Positions 6,614-17,129 of a stretch of DNA of 64,000 bases are shown here, one piece after another. The first letter of the stretch is position 1; each line of letters opens with the position of its first letter. The position numbers and the translations under genes were made by a program. Where the stretch lies: positions 32,685 to 96,684 of the IMG/VR virus record IMGVR_UViG_3300033120_000852. One strand, written 5' to 3'. The notes beneath the pieces are model-generated. The model did no database searches. It had not been told where the DNA came from and was given only the letters and a program-made list of their open reading frames with translations. The DNA is from a virus.

Positions 6614-6958
6614 ATGAAACTATTAAAAATAACAAGAAAGACAAATAATAAAGCTGAACAATTAAAATTAATAATTTCATTATATTGTGTTATGTCAGAT
6701 ATTAAATTATCTGATACGGAATTAACAATACTAAGTTATTTTATAACTTATAAAATTAATGATAGTACTAAAAAACTTATATTTAAAAGTGAACTTTTGA
6801 AAAATGAAAATAGTTATAAAAATTTATTATCAAAGTTTAAGAAATTAGGTTTTATTTATAAAGATGAAATTAAAAGAGAATATTTTGTTGATGAAGAAAA
6901 ATTTAGTAATGCAACAGATGAAGTAGTTGCTCTTGTAATTAAGATTGATAACCGATGA
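6614..6958 (+). CDS. Hypothetical protein, possibly winged-helix DNA-binding
   Basis: ORF track gives 6560..6958; the ATG at 6614 is more likely. LSDTELTILSY...SYKNLLSKFKKLGFIYK resembles a winged helix. Confidence 0.55.
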   Translation: MKLLKITRKTNNKAEQLKLIISLYCVMSDIKLSDTELTILSYFITYKINDSTKKLIFKSELLKNENSYKNLLSKFKKLGFIYKDEIKREYFVDEEKFSNATDEVVALVIKIDNR

Positions 6959-7392
6959 AAAATATAAATATTGTTAATAAAATAGTTTCTAAAAAATTAA
7001 ATAAAGATTTAAAATTAGTAACTTTAGTTAACGCTGCTTATTGGAAAGCTTCTAGAGATAAACTAATAAAAGGTGAAGTAACAACAATATTTTGGAAACA
7101 TATCGGCTCTATTACAATTAGTAAATTTAAAGTTTATAAAGAAATTAAACTTAATATTACAAGATTAAGAAAAGCTAGACTTAGTAATTTTAGTGAAGCT
7201 GCTAAAAATAGAATAATATTAGGAATTGAAACTAAACTTAGAAAACTTTTAGTACATAGAAATAATATCGCAATAGATGAATACAATAAAAGAATATATG
7301 AGCCTAGTATTCAGGAAAGGACTCAAGAACATATCTCCAATATTGAAAGCAATTTGGACAAAGATTTTGATGAAACTGAATATTCTGACTAA
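6955..7392 (+). CDS. Basic HU/IHF-like DNA-binding protein (putative)
   Basis: Very basic, with a helix-helix then beta pattern (IVSKKLNKDLKLVTLV...TIFWKHIGSITI). Position upstream of the terminase fits crAss-like gene order. Confidence 0.5.
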   Translation: MKNINIVNKIVSKKLNKDLKLVTLVNAAYWKASRDKLIKGEVTTIFWKHIGSITISKFKVYKEIKLNITRLRKARLSNFSEAAKNRIILGIETKLRKLLVHRNNIAIDEYNKRIYEPSIQERTQEHISNIESNLDKDFDETEYSD

Positions 7393-7639
7393 ATATCAAA
7401 AAGAAGAAATAAAAAAAAGAAAAGTACTATGTTTAAATTGTCCTTTTAATTCAGTAAATGCTGTTGAATTAGGATTATATAGAACAGATAGATTGGATTT
7501 ACATTGTAGTATATGTGAATGTAATATAGATCTTTTTACAAGTTGTTTAACATGTACATGTAGTATAGAAGAAAAAAATAGAGAAAATGCAAAAAACAAT
7601 ATTAAACCTATACCTGTTAAATGGTATCCAATAAAATGA
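7277..7639 (+). CDS. Cys-rich putative zinc-binding protein
   Basis: CLNCPFNS...HCSICECNI...SCLTCTC...KW. Confidence 0.7.
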   Translation: MNTIKEYMSLVFRKGLKNISPILKAIWTKILMKLNILTKYQKEEIKKRKVLCLNCPFNSVNAVELGLYRTDRLDLHCSICECNIDLFTSCLTCTCSIEEKNRENAKNNIKPIPVKWYPIK

Positions 7640-7890
7640 TTAATACAATGATTGATTCCAAATATCGTAATAAAATTACACAATTAATTATTCATGAACT
7701 TACAGAGATTTTAGCTCTCTATCCTCAATATAGTGCAGCTCAACATTTATCTTATCTTACAGATAAAAAAAATGCTCATAGAATGAATGATGATCAAGTA
7801 CTTAAAGAGATACAAAAATATCGTAATAAGTTAGAAGATGAAGTTATAGAAGGAGAAGAAGAATATTTTGAAACAGAATTAAATGGCTAA
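7621..7890 (+). CDS. Hypothetical protein
   Basis: ORF track; the true start may be a slightly downstream Met. Confidence 0.7.
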   Translation: MVSNKMINTMIDSKYRNKITQLIIHELTEILALYPQYSAAQHLSYLTDKKNAHRMNDDQVLKEIQKYRNKLEDEVIEGEEEYFETELNG

Positions 7891-8161
7891 AAAACAATCA
7901 AATGTAATTGCTCTTGAATTAGTAAAGTTTGATAATAAGATTAAAGAATTTCAAAAATATCTTGATAATAAAAATATTAATGATATTTATGATCCTCAAG
8001 AAAGAGCTAAAGAAATTGATATTCAAATTAAACTTATGAATACTATTCCTTATCTTTTAGAGCAATTACAAAAATTAAAAGAACAAGAAGTAAAACAAAT
8101 TGAATCAAGAGGTGGTAATGATATTAGTGGCCTTGCAGATAGTTTCTTAAAAAATAAATAA
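7883..8161 (+). CDS. Helical protein, candidate terminase small subunit
   Basis: Lies immediately upstream of terL, coiled-coil character. The function is inferred from position only. Confidence 0.45.
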   Translation: MAKKQSNVIALELVKFDNKIKEFQKYLDNKNINDIYDPQERAKEIDIQIKLMNTIPYLLEQLQKLKEQEVKQIESRGGNDISGLADSFLKNK

Positions 8162-8163
8162 TA

Positions 8164-11100
8164 ATGGCTGAAATATTAAATGTAGATTATAAAGATTTTT
8201 ATAGAAATAAAAAGAAAAAAAAACAAGTACCAGATAAAGAATCAAAAGAATATATTCCTTTTTTTGAGTTTCAAAAAAGAATAATAAATGATGGATGTTT
8301 TATAGAAGGGGAGTATTTTACTCCCTTTTTAACTTGGCATTTAAATTTATGGAATACTGAAGTTGATCAGATTGAAGGTGGTGATGTTTATATGTTCCCT
8401 GATTTAAGAGATAATGAATGGAAAATAGCTAATGCAATTCATCAAGCTGAAACTTATACAAATCCAGAAACAGGACAATTACAAAGAAAAGGATTAATTA
8501 TTCTTGGTTGTCGAAGGCTCGCGAAAGATTTATTAAATAGTTCTCTTTTATATAAAGAAGATAAAACTATAACTATAGGTGAGTCTAAAATTGGAGATAA
8601 AATTTATGATGATAATGGAGAATTAACTACAATAACAGGAGTGTATCCTCAAGGGAAAAGACCTGTGTATAAAATAACTCTTTTAGATGGAAGAGAATTA
8701 TTTTGTGGATTGGATCATAATTGGGAAATTATAGAGAAAGGAAATAAAAAATTTAAAGGTAAACAATATGGTTATGAAAAAACAAGTATTAAAACTACTA
8801 AAGAATTAATTGATGATGGTTTTAAACGAGAAAGAATTCATAATGGTTATAAAGATAAAACAACTAGAAAATTATTTGAAACAAAATATTCAATAAGAAA
8901 TAGTAAAGCTGTAAAATATTCTGAAAAAGATTTAAGTATTGATCCATATTTTTTAGGATTATGGTTAGGGGACGGGAGTTCTAGAACTCCTTCTATCACA
9001 ACTATGGATCAAGAAATAGTAGATTATTTATATAAATATTCTAATTATTTAAATTTAAATATAATAGAAGAAATATATAGAAAAACAAGTAAAGCTAAAA
9101 ATTACCATTTAATTAATAAAGAAAAGGGTTGTAAAAATTATCTTTCTAGACAACTTAAAGCTAAAAATTTAATCTTAAATAAACATATACCTAAAGAATA
9201 TTTATATTCTTCTATTGAACAAAGATTAGCTTTACTTCAAGGTTTAATGGATACTGATGGAGGAACTTTAAAAGGAGGTTCACTTACTTTTTCAAGTTCT
9301 AATGAGAGATTAGCTAATGATTTTGAAAATTTATGTAGAAGTTTAGGTATAACTTTAAAAAGAGTTATAAAAATACCAAAGTATAAATATAAAGGAATAA
9401 AAAAAGAAGGAAAACCGTCTCATTTTTTTTCTTTATATACAGATCAATTAATATTTAGATTAACCAGAAAATTAAACAATATTCAAAATAGAAAAGGTTT
9501 TAAATCTAAAATTAAAAAAACTTCTATTGTAAATATTGAATATGTTTTTGATGATTTTACTACATGTATAACAGTAGATAATAAACAATCTTTATTTTTA
9601 ACAGATGGTTATACAATTACTCATAATAGCGTTATAGCAGCCTCATATTTAGCTTCTGGAGCGACTTTAGACATTAATAGTCAGAATGTATTAGCAGGAG
9701 TTAATTCAAAGGATATAAAACTTATTACAAATAAACTTGATAAAGGTTTAAATGCTCTTCCTGATTATTTTCAATGGCAACGTATAGAAGATAATTGGAG
9801 AGATGAAGTTATTCTTGGTGTTAAAGAAAAAGGTGGTAAAAGGCATCCGTTCTCTTATATTACAATTCGTAACTTAGATAATGGTAATAATCAAGAAGCT
9901 ATTGCTGGTACTAAACCTCGTAAACTTATTATTGATGAGATTGGTAAATCTAGTTGGATTGATGGATTTAATGCAGCACAACCAGGTTTTACTACTAGAT
10001 GGGGATGGGGATGTTCACCTATATTAACAGGTACAGGTGGTGATATGGATAATTTCTTAGATGCTAAAACAGCATTTACTGATCCCGCTAAATATAATTT
10101 CTTAGAATTTGATGATGGTACTGGGCATAAAACAGGATTGTTTTTAGGTCATACTTTTAGACAAGAGGCTAAAGTAGATTCTACTCTAGGAGCTTATTTA
10201 AATAAACCAGAAGGGTCTAAACTTTATGAAATTCCTATGCTTGTAGGTAGTCAAGAATTAGCCGATAAGATTACTGATGAAAAAAGAGAATTATTAAGAA
10301 GTTCAAGAAAAGAAAATGATTTACTTAAAGAAATAATGTATTTTCCTAAGAATCCTGATGAAATATTCATGAATTCTAATGGTAATCTTTTTCCCCTAGA
10401 AGCAATAAGAGAGCAAATAAATTTCTTAAAAAATAATAATATTACAGGACAATATGTTTGGTTGTATAAAGATCTTGATGGAACAGTTAAACATAGATAT
10501 GCAGAGCCACATCAAAAACCAATATCTGAATATCCAGTAAGTAATGGAACTAATAAAGAAGCTCCTTTCCAAATATGGGAAATGCCTATTTCAAATCCTC
10601 CTTATGGATTATATGTTGCAGGAGCTGACCCTTATAACCAATCATCTTCACAATGGTCTGACTCATTAGGAGTTTGTACTATTTATAAAAGAATGCTTGA
10701 TATAGCTTCAAATGAATACGTTGATATGATTGTAGCACAGTATGCTGCAAGACCTCGTACAATGGAAGAATGGCACTCTAATGTCTTTTTATTACTTAAG
10801 TATTACAATGCAATTTGTTTTCCTGAAAATGAAGCAGGTACTTTTATACAATATTTTGATAATTTACAAGAATCAAATATGCTTGCTGATGGTTTAGACT
10901 TTTTAAAAGAATTTAATCCTAACACTAAAACAATTGGTAGAATAAAAGGTGCTGCAGCTACTCCAAAAAATATTGATTATATGATGGCTCATATGTATGA
11001 ATATTATAATGAAGAAATAACAATTGGACAAGATGAATATGGAAACCCTATTAAGAGGTTAGGTGTTTCAAGAATACCTGATATTATGCTTCTAGAAGAA

Positions 11101-11325
11101 TCATTAGCTTATCGTCCAACTATGAATGGTGTTAAAGGAACTAACTCTGATAGAATTGTATCATTTAGACATGCTTTAGCTTATGCTAAATTCTTAGATA
11201 AGTATATGCCAGTAGTAGAATTAAATCCAAAAGAAGAAGAAAATAAAAAAGAACATTCAATAAAATCTCCTTTTATAACTGGCTTAAATAGTCCATTTGG
11301 AGTGAATAGAAACCCTTTTAGGTAA
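8164..11325 (+). CDS. terL: Terminase large subunit, intein-containing
   Basis: Walker A region GCRRLAK|S split by the intein, Walker B LIIDEIG, LTGTGG motif and nuclease motif YVAGADPY. Directly upstream of the portal gene. Confidence 0.93.
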   Translation: MAEILNVDYKDFYRNKKKKKQVPDKESKEYIPFFEFQKRIINDGCFIEGEYFTPFLTWHLNLWNTEVDQIEGGDVYMFPDLRDNEWKIANAIHQAETYTNPETGQLQRKGLIILGCRRLAKDLLNSSLLYKEDKTITIGESKIGDKIYDDNGELTTITGVYPQGKRPVYKITLLDGRELFCGLDHNWEIIEKGNKKFKGKQYGYEKTSIKTTKELIDDGFKRERIHNGYKDKTTRKLFETKYSIRNSKAVKYSEKDLSIDPYFLGLWLGDGSSRTPSITTMDQEIVDYLYKYSNYLNLNIIEEIYRKTSKAKNYHLINKEKGCKNYLSRQLKAKNLILNKHIPKEYLYSSIEQRLALLQGLMDTDGGTLKGGSLTFSSSNERLANDFENLCRSLGITLKRVIKIPKYKYKGIKKEGKPSHFFSLYTDQLIFRLTRKLNNIQNRKGFKSKIKKTSIVNIEYVFDDFTTCITVDNKQSLFLTDGYTITHNSVIAASYLASGATLDINSQNVLAGVNSKDIKLITNKLDKGLNALPDYFQWQRIEDNWRDEVILGVKEKGGKRHPFSYITIRNLDNGNNQEAIAGTKPRKLIIDEIGKSSWIDGFNAAQPGFTTRWGWGCSPILTGTGGDMDNFLDAKTAFTDPAKYNFLEFDDGTGHKTGLFLGHTFRQEAKVDSTLGAYLNKPEGSKLYEIPMLVGSQELADKITDEKRELLRSSRKENDLLKEIMYFPKNPDEIFMNSNGNLFPLEAIREQINFLKNNNITGQYVWLYKDLDGTVKHRYAEPHQKPISEYPVSNGTNKEAPFQIWEMPISNPPYGLYVAGADPYNQSSSQWSDSLGVCTIYKRMLDIASNEYVDMIVAQYAARPRTMEEWHSNVFLLLKYYNAICFPENEAGTFIQYFDNLQESNMLADGLDFLKEFNPNTKTIGRIKGAAATPKNIDYMMAHMYEYYNEEITIGQDEYGNPIKRLGVSRIPDIMLLEESLAYRPTMNGVKGTNSDRIVSFRHALAYAKFLDKYMPVVELNPKEEENKKEHSIKSPFITGLNSPFGVNRNPFR
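8527..9627 (+). mobile_element. Class 3 intein with LAGLIDADG homing endonuclease (367 aa)
   Basis: Begins DLLNSS after RRLAK and ends TITHN|S. LAGLIDADG motifs YFLGLWLGDGS and LLQGLMDTDG. WCT signature: DHNW (block B), TTCITV (block F), THN (block G). Confidence 0.9.
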
Positions 11326-11360
11326 TCTATTTCAATTATTTTTTATTTAAAAATTAACTT

Positions 11361-11389
11361 AAAGGTAATCGTAACTGATTACCTTTTTT
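11361..11389 (+). terminator. Intrinsic terminator after terL
   Basis: AAAGGTAATC-GTAACT-GATTACCTTT followed by a T-run. Confidence 0.75.
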
Positions 11390-11409
11390 CTTTTATAATC
11401 AATTTTAAT

Positions 11410-11417
11410 TATTTTTG
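11410..11417 (+). promoter_or_regulatory. -7 promoter element upstream of the portal gene
   Basis: TATTTTTG(CA), 26 nt before the ATG at 11444. Confidence 0.55.
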
Positions 11418-11443
11418 CATACTTTAAAATTAAATATAATTAA

Positions 11444-14098
11444 ATGGCTAACGAGATAAATCGTAGTATATTTAATCCTATAACAGCTTTACCACCTCAA
11501 ATGATTCCATTGAGTCAGAAGACAGATGCGTGGAAAGAAGATGTTGCAGATAGATTAGAAGAAATAGGAAGAAAACAAATACAACGTAATCAATCTTTAT
11601 TAGAGAATTATGAAATTATAAAAGGTAAATTTATATTTCATCATTACTTTGATACAGGTAATTATGATGATATGTTAGGTCAACTAACAAAAGAATTTGA
11701 TTTACCAAAATATTTGAGACATTATGATATTATATCTCAAGTTGTAAATGTATTATCTGGTGAGTATCAGAAAAGACCTGATAACTTTAAAGTTAGGGGT
11801 ACTGATGAAAGTACTAGTAATGCTTTTATGAGAAAAAAAGGTGAATTACTTTTAGAATATGTTGTTTCTCAAATAAATTCAGAAATTGATCTTAAACTTA
11901 CAGATGAAGGTTATGAATTAGATAAACAAGATTTTGAATCTGAAGAAGAAGCTCAAGCTTATCAACAAGAATTAGCTTCTCGTAGACAGGCATTAACTCC
12001 TCCTGAAATAGAAGAATATATGACTTATTCATATTCTACTGTTGCTGAGAAATGGGGACAAGCACAAATTAAACAAGATAAACAAAAATATAATTTACCT
12101 GATAAAGAAAGAATAGAATTTGAAGATATGTTAACATCCGATAGATGTTTTAGACATTTCTATTTAACAGGTACAGATTATAATCAAGAAACTTGGAATC
12201 CAATATATACATTTTATCATGCTGCTCCTGAAATAAGTGAAGCAGAAAATGGTGATTATATTGGTAGGAGATTATATTTAACTCCTGCTGCAATTATAGA
12301 TCGTTATGGTTGGAGAATGACTAAAGCTCAACTTAATAAAGTTAAAAAAGCTTTAGATGATACTAATACAAAAAAATCTAAAAATGCAAATTATTTAGGA
12401 TTGGCTGATGGAAGTACAATACCATTTGCTGATTTTGAAAATTGGAAAAGACTTAGTGATGCTACAGATGATGGATCACCATTAGCAAATCATTTTCAAA
12501 CAGATGGGTTTTTAGATAGATGGAGCGGGACAGATGGAAGATTTACTACAAATCATAATGGATATTTTGCTGTTACAGAATCATATTTTAAGTCACAAAA
12601 AAGAATTGGTAAAGTTATTTATATTAGTCCAGAAACAGGACAATTAGAAAAAACTTTAGTTGATGAAACTTTTATATTACCCCCAGGATTTACTGAAGTT
12701 GATAGTTCAATTTATGATAGTAATGAAGTAAATACAGTAGTATGGACTTGGGTTAATGAAGTAAGAGATTCAATTAAAATTAATCTTAATTATGGAAATA
12801 AATCTGATGCTATCTATCTAGGAGGAGATCCATTACCTTTTCAATTTAAAGCAGATTCTAATCCTTATGGAGCTAAACTTCCTGTATGTGGTGGAATATT
12901 CAATAATAGAAATGGTGATTCTGCTTCTCTTGTAGATATGATGAAACCACATCAAATTGGTTATAACGTAGCAATTAATCAACTCTATCAATTGATGGAA
13001 AGAGAAGTTGGTAGGTTTATGATCATGGATGTAAACATACTTCCAAAAACAAAAGATTGGGGTGGAGAAAAAGGATGGGAGAAATTTATGATGGTTGCAA
13101 GATCATTAGGAATGGCTCCAGCAGATACTTCTCCTAAAAATGCTCAAGGTGCAAATATGAGTGGACATTTTCCACAAGTAATTGATCTTGATGAAAGTTC
13201 TCGTATGATGAGTCGTATTGAGATTGCTAATTGGTTTGAACAAAAAGCTTTAAGCCAAGTTGGTATTACTCCTCAAAGATTAGGTACAACTGCGGCTAGT
13301 GAGACAGCAACTGGTGTTCAACAAGCAGTATCACAATCATATGCACAAACAGAATCTTTCTTTACAAGATTCTCAAATTATAAAAAACGTTGTTTAAGAA
13401 TGGGATTAGACATAGCTCAATATGTTCAATCTCAAAGAGAAAATGTAATCGTCCAATATACAAAAGATGATATGTCAAGAGCATTTATGAAATTAAATGG
13501 TACTGATTTATTATTAGCTGATCTTGGAGTATTTGTTACAGATTCTCAAGAAGACTTAAGACAATTAGAAACTCTAAGACAACTTGCTATTGAAAATAAT
13601 ACTACAGGAGCTACAATGCTAGATCTTGCAGATATTGTTATGATGAATTCTCCTCTTGAGATAAAAGCTAGACTTGAAAAATCTGTTAATTATCAAAAAC
13701 AAATGGAGGCTCAAGGTCAGCAAATTGAACAACAAAAAATGCAAGCTGCTCAAGAAATGCAAGATAAAGCTCAAGCATTTGAAGCTGAACAAAATCAACT
13801 TGATCGTGAAGCTAAGATTGAAGAAGCTTATATTAAAACATTTGGTGGTGCAAATAACACAAATACATCTGATGTTGATGCAAGCGGAATACCTGATGTT
13901 CTTGAATATGATAAGTTTAGAGCAAGTACTGATCAAGTAAATCGTAAACTTACCCTAGAGGAACAAAAACAAAACACAGTTAAAGAACTAGCTTATCGTA
14001 AAGAAGTTTTAGAAAGAGAAAAATTAGCTCAAAAAGAACGTTCTGAAAATGCTAAAATTAAAGTGGCGAAGATTAATAAAAATCGTCATGATAAGTAA
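11444..14098 (+). CDS. Portal protein
   Basis: 884 aa following terL. LRHYDIISQVVNVLSGEYQKRP, SLVDMMKPHQIGYN and VGITPQRLG segments and a coiled-coil C-terminus, as in crAss-like portals. Confidence 0.88.
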   Translation: MANEINRSIFNPITALPPQMIPLSQKTDAWKEDVADRLEEIGRKQIQRNQSLLENYEIIKGKFIFHHYFDTGNYDDMLGQLTKEFDLPKYLRHYDIISQVVNVLSGEYQKRPDNFKVRGTDESTSNAFMRKKGELLLEYVVSQINSEIDLKLTDEGYELDKQDFESEEEAQAYQQELASRRQALTPPEIEEYMTYSYSTVAEKWGQAQIKQDKQKYNLPDKERIEFEDMLTSDRCFRHFYLTGTDYNQETWNPIYTFYHAAPEISEAENGDYIGRRLYLTPAAIIDRYGWRMTKAQLNKVKKALDDTNTKKSKNANYLGLADGSTIPFADFENWKRLSDATDDGSPLANHFQTDGFLDRWSGTDGRFTTNHNGYFAVTESYFKSQKRIGKVIYISPETGQLEKTLVDETFILPPGFTEVDSSIYDSNEVNTVVWTWVNEVRDSIKINLNYGNKSDAIYLGGDPLPFQFKADSNPYGAKLPVCGGIFNNRNGDSASLVDMMKPHQIGYNVAINQLYQLMEREVGRFMIMDVNILPKTKDWGGEKGWEKFMMVARSLGMAPADTSPKNAQGANMSGHFPQVIDLDESSRMMSRIEIANWFEQKALSQVGITPQRLGTTAASETATGVQQAVSQSYAQTESFFTRFSNYKKRCLRMGLDIAQYVQSQRENVIVQYTKDDMSRAFMKLNGTDLLLADLGVFVTDSQEDLRQLETLRQLAIENNTTGATMLDLADIVMMNSPLEIKARLEKSVNYQKQMEAQGQQIEQQKMQAAQEMQDKAQAFEAEQNQLDREAKIEEAYIKTFGGANNTNTSDVDASGIPDVLEYDKFRASTDQVNRKLTLEEQKQNTVKELAYRKEVLEREKLAQKERSENAKIKVAKINKNRHDK

Positions 14099-14120
14099 AA
14101 AAGAAACAAAAAAATTAATT

Positions 14121-14181
14121 TGCTATAATAACCAAGAAAAACCAAAAAATAATCAATTTTAATTAAAAATAATTAATTTTG
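14121..14181 (+). promoter_or_regulatory. Bipartite promoter TGCTATAATA-N43-TAnnTTTG
   Basis: TGCTATAATA at 14121-14130 and TAATTTTG at 14174-14181. Confidence 0.65.
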
Positions 14182-14201
14182 CAACGAAACCAAAAAATAA
14201 T

Positions 14202-15386
14202 ATGGATAACAACACATTAAGTTTTGAATCATCAAGTATTGAAGAACATGATCTTGATAGTATTTTAAACGGTATTCCAGCAGCAACTGTAAATGCTAAC
14301 TCTCTAGAACATGCTAGACAAGAACCTGAAAAGGAAATTGTAGATATTGATTTTAGTCTTCCTAAAGAAGAATCACTTGATGATATTCTAGGAGCAGCTG
14401 AAAATGAAGAAGTACTAGAAGAACAAAATGAAGAAGTTGAACAAAAACCTGAAGAGTCTCCTGCTCCTATAGTAGAAGAAAAGAAAACTAAAAAATCTAA
14501 AGAAGAATCTAATGAGTTAGATGAATCTGCTCTTAAACAAATTACAGATTTTTATATTTCAACAGGACATTGGAAAGACTTTGATGGTCGTGAAGAATTA
14601 GAATATAATTCAGAAACATTTCAAGATCTTTTAATTCAACAAAATGAAGCTATTGCTAAAGAAAAGTTTGATGAACTTTTAGAATCAACAGGACCAACAG
14701 GTAAAGCTATTATAGATTATGTATCTAAAGGTGGTAAACCAGATGAAATTATTGATCTATTTAAAGAACAAAAACAAAATTCAGAATTTGCTTCTGATAC
14801 TCCTGAAGAACAAAAACAATTTATTGCACAATATTATAAAGATGTACATGGATTCTCTAATGAAAAAATTAAACGTATTGTAAATGCTGCTGAAGCTGAT
14901 GGTACTTTAAATGAAGAGATCGATGAAATTAAAACTTCTTATGAAAAATATTATAGTAAAGAAATTGAACGTGTAAATAAGGAACAAGAAGATTTTATCG
15001 AAAATCAACGTAAAGCAGAAGAAAAATTTCAGAATGATATTACATCAGAAATTACTTCTAGAGAAGATTTAACTCCAAAAGATAAACAAACATTAAAAGA
15101 TCTTCTTTTAAATTATGATCAAAAACTTCCTGATGGAACTAAAGTAAATAAGTTCTATATCAAGTTTGCTGAAATGCAAAATGATCTTAAAAAATATGTT
15201 GACTTTGTTCAATATGTTACAGATACTGAAAAATATCTTAATAAAATTAGAAAAAAAGAAGAAACTAAAGCAACAGAAAAAGTATTTCTTAAAATAAAAA
15301 GAAATGCTTCAGTTGATAAAACAACAGGTAGTAATCATGCTCCTGCTTCTAGAACTTCAGATACTGAAGATTTTACATGGAGATAA
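14202..15386 (+). CDS. Acidic capsid-assembly / scaffold-like protein
   Basis: Highly acidic and helical; lies between portal and capsid genes, the usual crAss-like position. Confidence 0.65.
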   Translation: MDNNTLSFESSSIEEHDLDSILNGIPAATVNANSLEHARQEPEKEIVDIDFSLPKEESLDDILGAAENEEVLEEQNEEVEQKPEESPAPIVEEKKTKKSKEESNELDESALKQITDFYISTGHWKDFDGREELEYNSETFQDLLIQQNEAIAKEKFDELLESTGPTGKAIIDYVSKGGKPDEIIDLFKEQKQNSEFASDTPEEQKQFIAQYYKDVHGFSNEKIKRIVNAAEADGTLNEEIDEIKTSYEKYYSKEIERVNKEQEDFIENQRKAEEKFQNDITSEITSREDLTPKDKQTLKDLLLNYDQKLPDGTKVNKFYIKFAEMQNDLKKYVDFVQYVTDTEKYLNKIRKKEETKATEKVFLKIKRNASVDKTTGSNHAPASRTSDTEDFTWR

Positions 15387-15429
15387 TAAAAATTATAAAT
15401 TTAAAACAAAAAACAATTAAAAATTAATT

Positions 15430-17061
15430 ATGGCTCAAATTTCACAACCTAGTTTAGGAGGATTAAACAACTCCATCATAACAGGATACAATAAGTTTGA
15501 AGTAAGTAAATTTACAGATATGGGTCACTTATATAACCTATATCAAAAAGATTCATTTACAACTAACCTTGGTCTTTTGTCGTTGTATAATCAACGCAAA
15601 CAACTGAACACTCCTTTGATTAATCTTGCCTCTACTAACGTTATGTATATTAACGGCCCTGAAGGTAAATTTAAATATCAAATTCCTTACGATTTGGGTT
15701 GTCCCGTAATTGTAGAAAATCTAGCTAAAGATATTGATAAACCAGGTATTGATGGACAGAAATTTAAAATTAAACTTTCACATAATACTTACACTAATAC
15801 TGATGTAATTACTTACGATCCAAGTCGAGGTGAACGTCTGTATATAACAGAGGATGAAATTTATCCTGAAGGTGATGGTTATGTATTTACTGTTCAAATT
15901 CCTCAAAAAGCAGGAAATAGAAATTCTTATTTTCCTCAAAAATATCTTCAACCAGGAACAGAGTATATGAAAATTGCTAACGTTAATGGTGAATATGATA
16001 CTCAAAAATCAAGTATTGGTTTAGATGGTGCAATGATGGATCTTGAATTCCAAGTAGGAGGTCACAGATCAGCTTATCACTGGATTACTGCTTATGCTGA
16101 TATGTTGAAAGTATCTGCGGATAAAGCTTCACAATCGTTAGAACGTTCTTCTCAATATGCTCCTAATGGTGCAAAAGCTGTAACTTGGTTTATGAATGTC
16201 GATAAAGACGGAAATAAACTTCCTAAAACTCTTAGATGGATTAATACTATCGAGATGCTTTTATGGCAAGAGATGAAGAAAATGGAAGAAAAAGATCTTA
16301 TGTGGTCAAAAGGTGGTATTGTTACTGGTGCAGGACAACGTTCTGTTCGTATTAATACTGGTCTTATTGAACAGATGAGGAATGGTAATTATATTCAATA
16401 TAATAAATTAACTCTTTCTCTTATTGAAGAAGTTGTTCAAAATCTTTATTATAATTCGGGTGTTCCTTTTGAAGAACGTAGAACTGTATTCCAAACTGGT
16501 ACTGGTGGTATGATTGAAATTTCTAAGCTGTTGGCTGACGATTTCAATAACAACAACCCATTCCTTACAACTCAAGAAGTAGGAAAAGGTATTATGTATG
16601 GTAGCGCTATGAATCTTGGTTATGGTTATAGATTTACATCTAAGAGGTTCCCTGTTGCAGGTGAAATTGTATTTGAATACAATGCTGCTTTAGATAATCA
16701 ATATAATCGTGCTACGGATCATTTCCAAAATGGTCTACCTCTTGATTCATTTACTTTCTTGATTCTTGATGTTAGTACTTCTACTAATGCAATTCAAAAA
16801 GGTAAAGCCAATGTTGAGTACCGTGTAAACGAAGGATTTAACAATGGTAGTAATATTGCAATTATCAAACCTCAAGATTATAATGAAATCATGTGGGGTT
16901 ATGAATTGGGTACTCAACACCCAATGGGACCATCTGCAATGAAAGGAATGTTTAGTTCTTCTCAACGTGATGGTTATGGAATCTGGTTTAAAGATTTCAG
17001 TGCTATTTGGTTGAAAGATGCTACTCGTACAGTTATAATGGAAAAAGTTAGGACTGTTTAA
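15430..17061 (+). CDS. Major capsid protein
   Basis: 543 aa, second gene after the portal. EMKKMEEKDLMWSKGG, TGLIEQM and TGTGGM segments resemble crAss-like MCPs; a strong hairpin follows. Confidence 0.85.
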   Translation: MAQISQPSLGGLNNSIITGYNKFEVSKFTDMGHLYNLYQKDSFTTNLGLLSLYNQRKQLNTPLINLASTNVMYINGPEGKFKYQIPYDLGCPVIVENLAKDIDKPGIDGQKFKIKLSHNTYTNTDVITYDPSRGERLYITEDEIYPEGDGYVFTVQIPQKAGNRNSYFPQKYLQPGTEYMKIANVNGEYDTQKSSIGLDGAMMDLEFQVGGHRSAYHWITAYADMLKVSADKASQSLERSSQYAPNGAKAVTWFMNVDKDGNKLPKTLRWINTIEMLLWQEMKKMEEKDLMWSKGGIVTGAGQRSVRINTGLIEQMRNGNYIQYNKLTLSLIEEVVQNLYYNSGVPFEERRTVFQTGTGGMIEISKLLADDFNNNNPFLTTQEVGKGIMYGSAMNLGYGYRFTSKRFPVAGEIVFEYNAALDNQYNRATDHFQNGLPLDSFTFLILDVSTSTNAIQKGKANVEYRVNEGFNNGSNIAIIKPQDYNEIMWGYELGTQHPMGPSAMKGMFSSSQRDGYGIWFKDFSAIWLKDATRTVIMEKVRTV

Positions 17062-17071
17062 TAAAAAATTA

Positions 17072-17101
17072 ATTAGTGGGTTTGAAATATAACCCACTAA
17101 T
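17072..17101 (+). terminator. Stem-loop after the MCP gene (terminator or mRNA stabiliser)
   Basis: ATTAGTGGGTT-TGAAATAT-AACCCACTAAT, 11-bp stem with a weak U-tract. Confidence 0.65.
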
Positions 17102-17129
17102 ATTATAGAAAAACCTTAAAATAAAAAAT

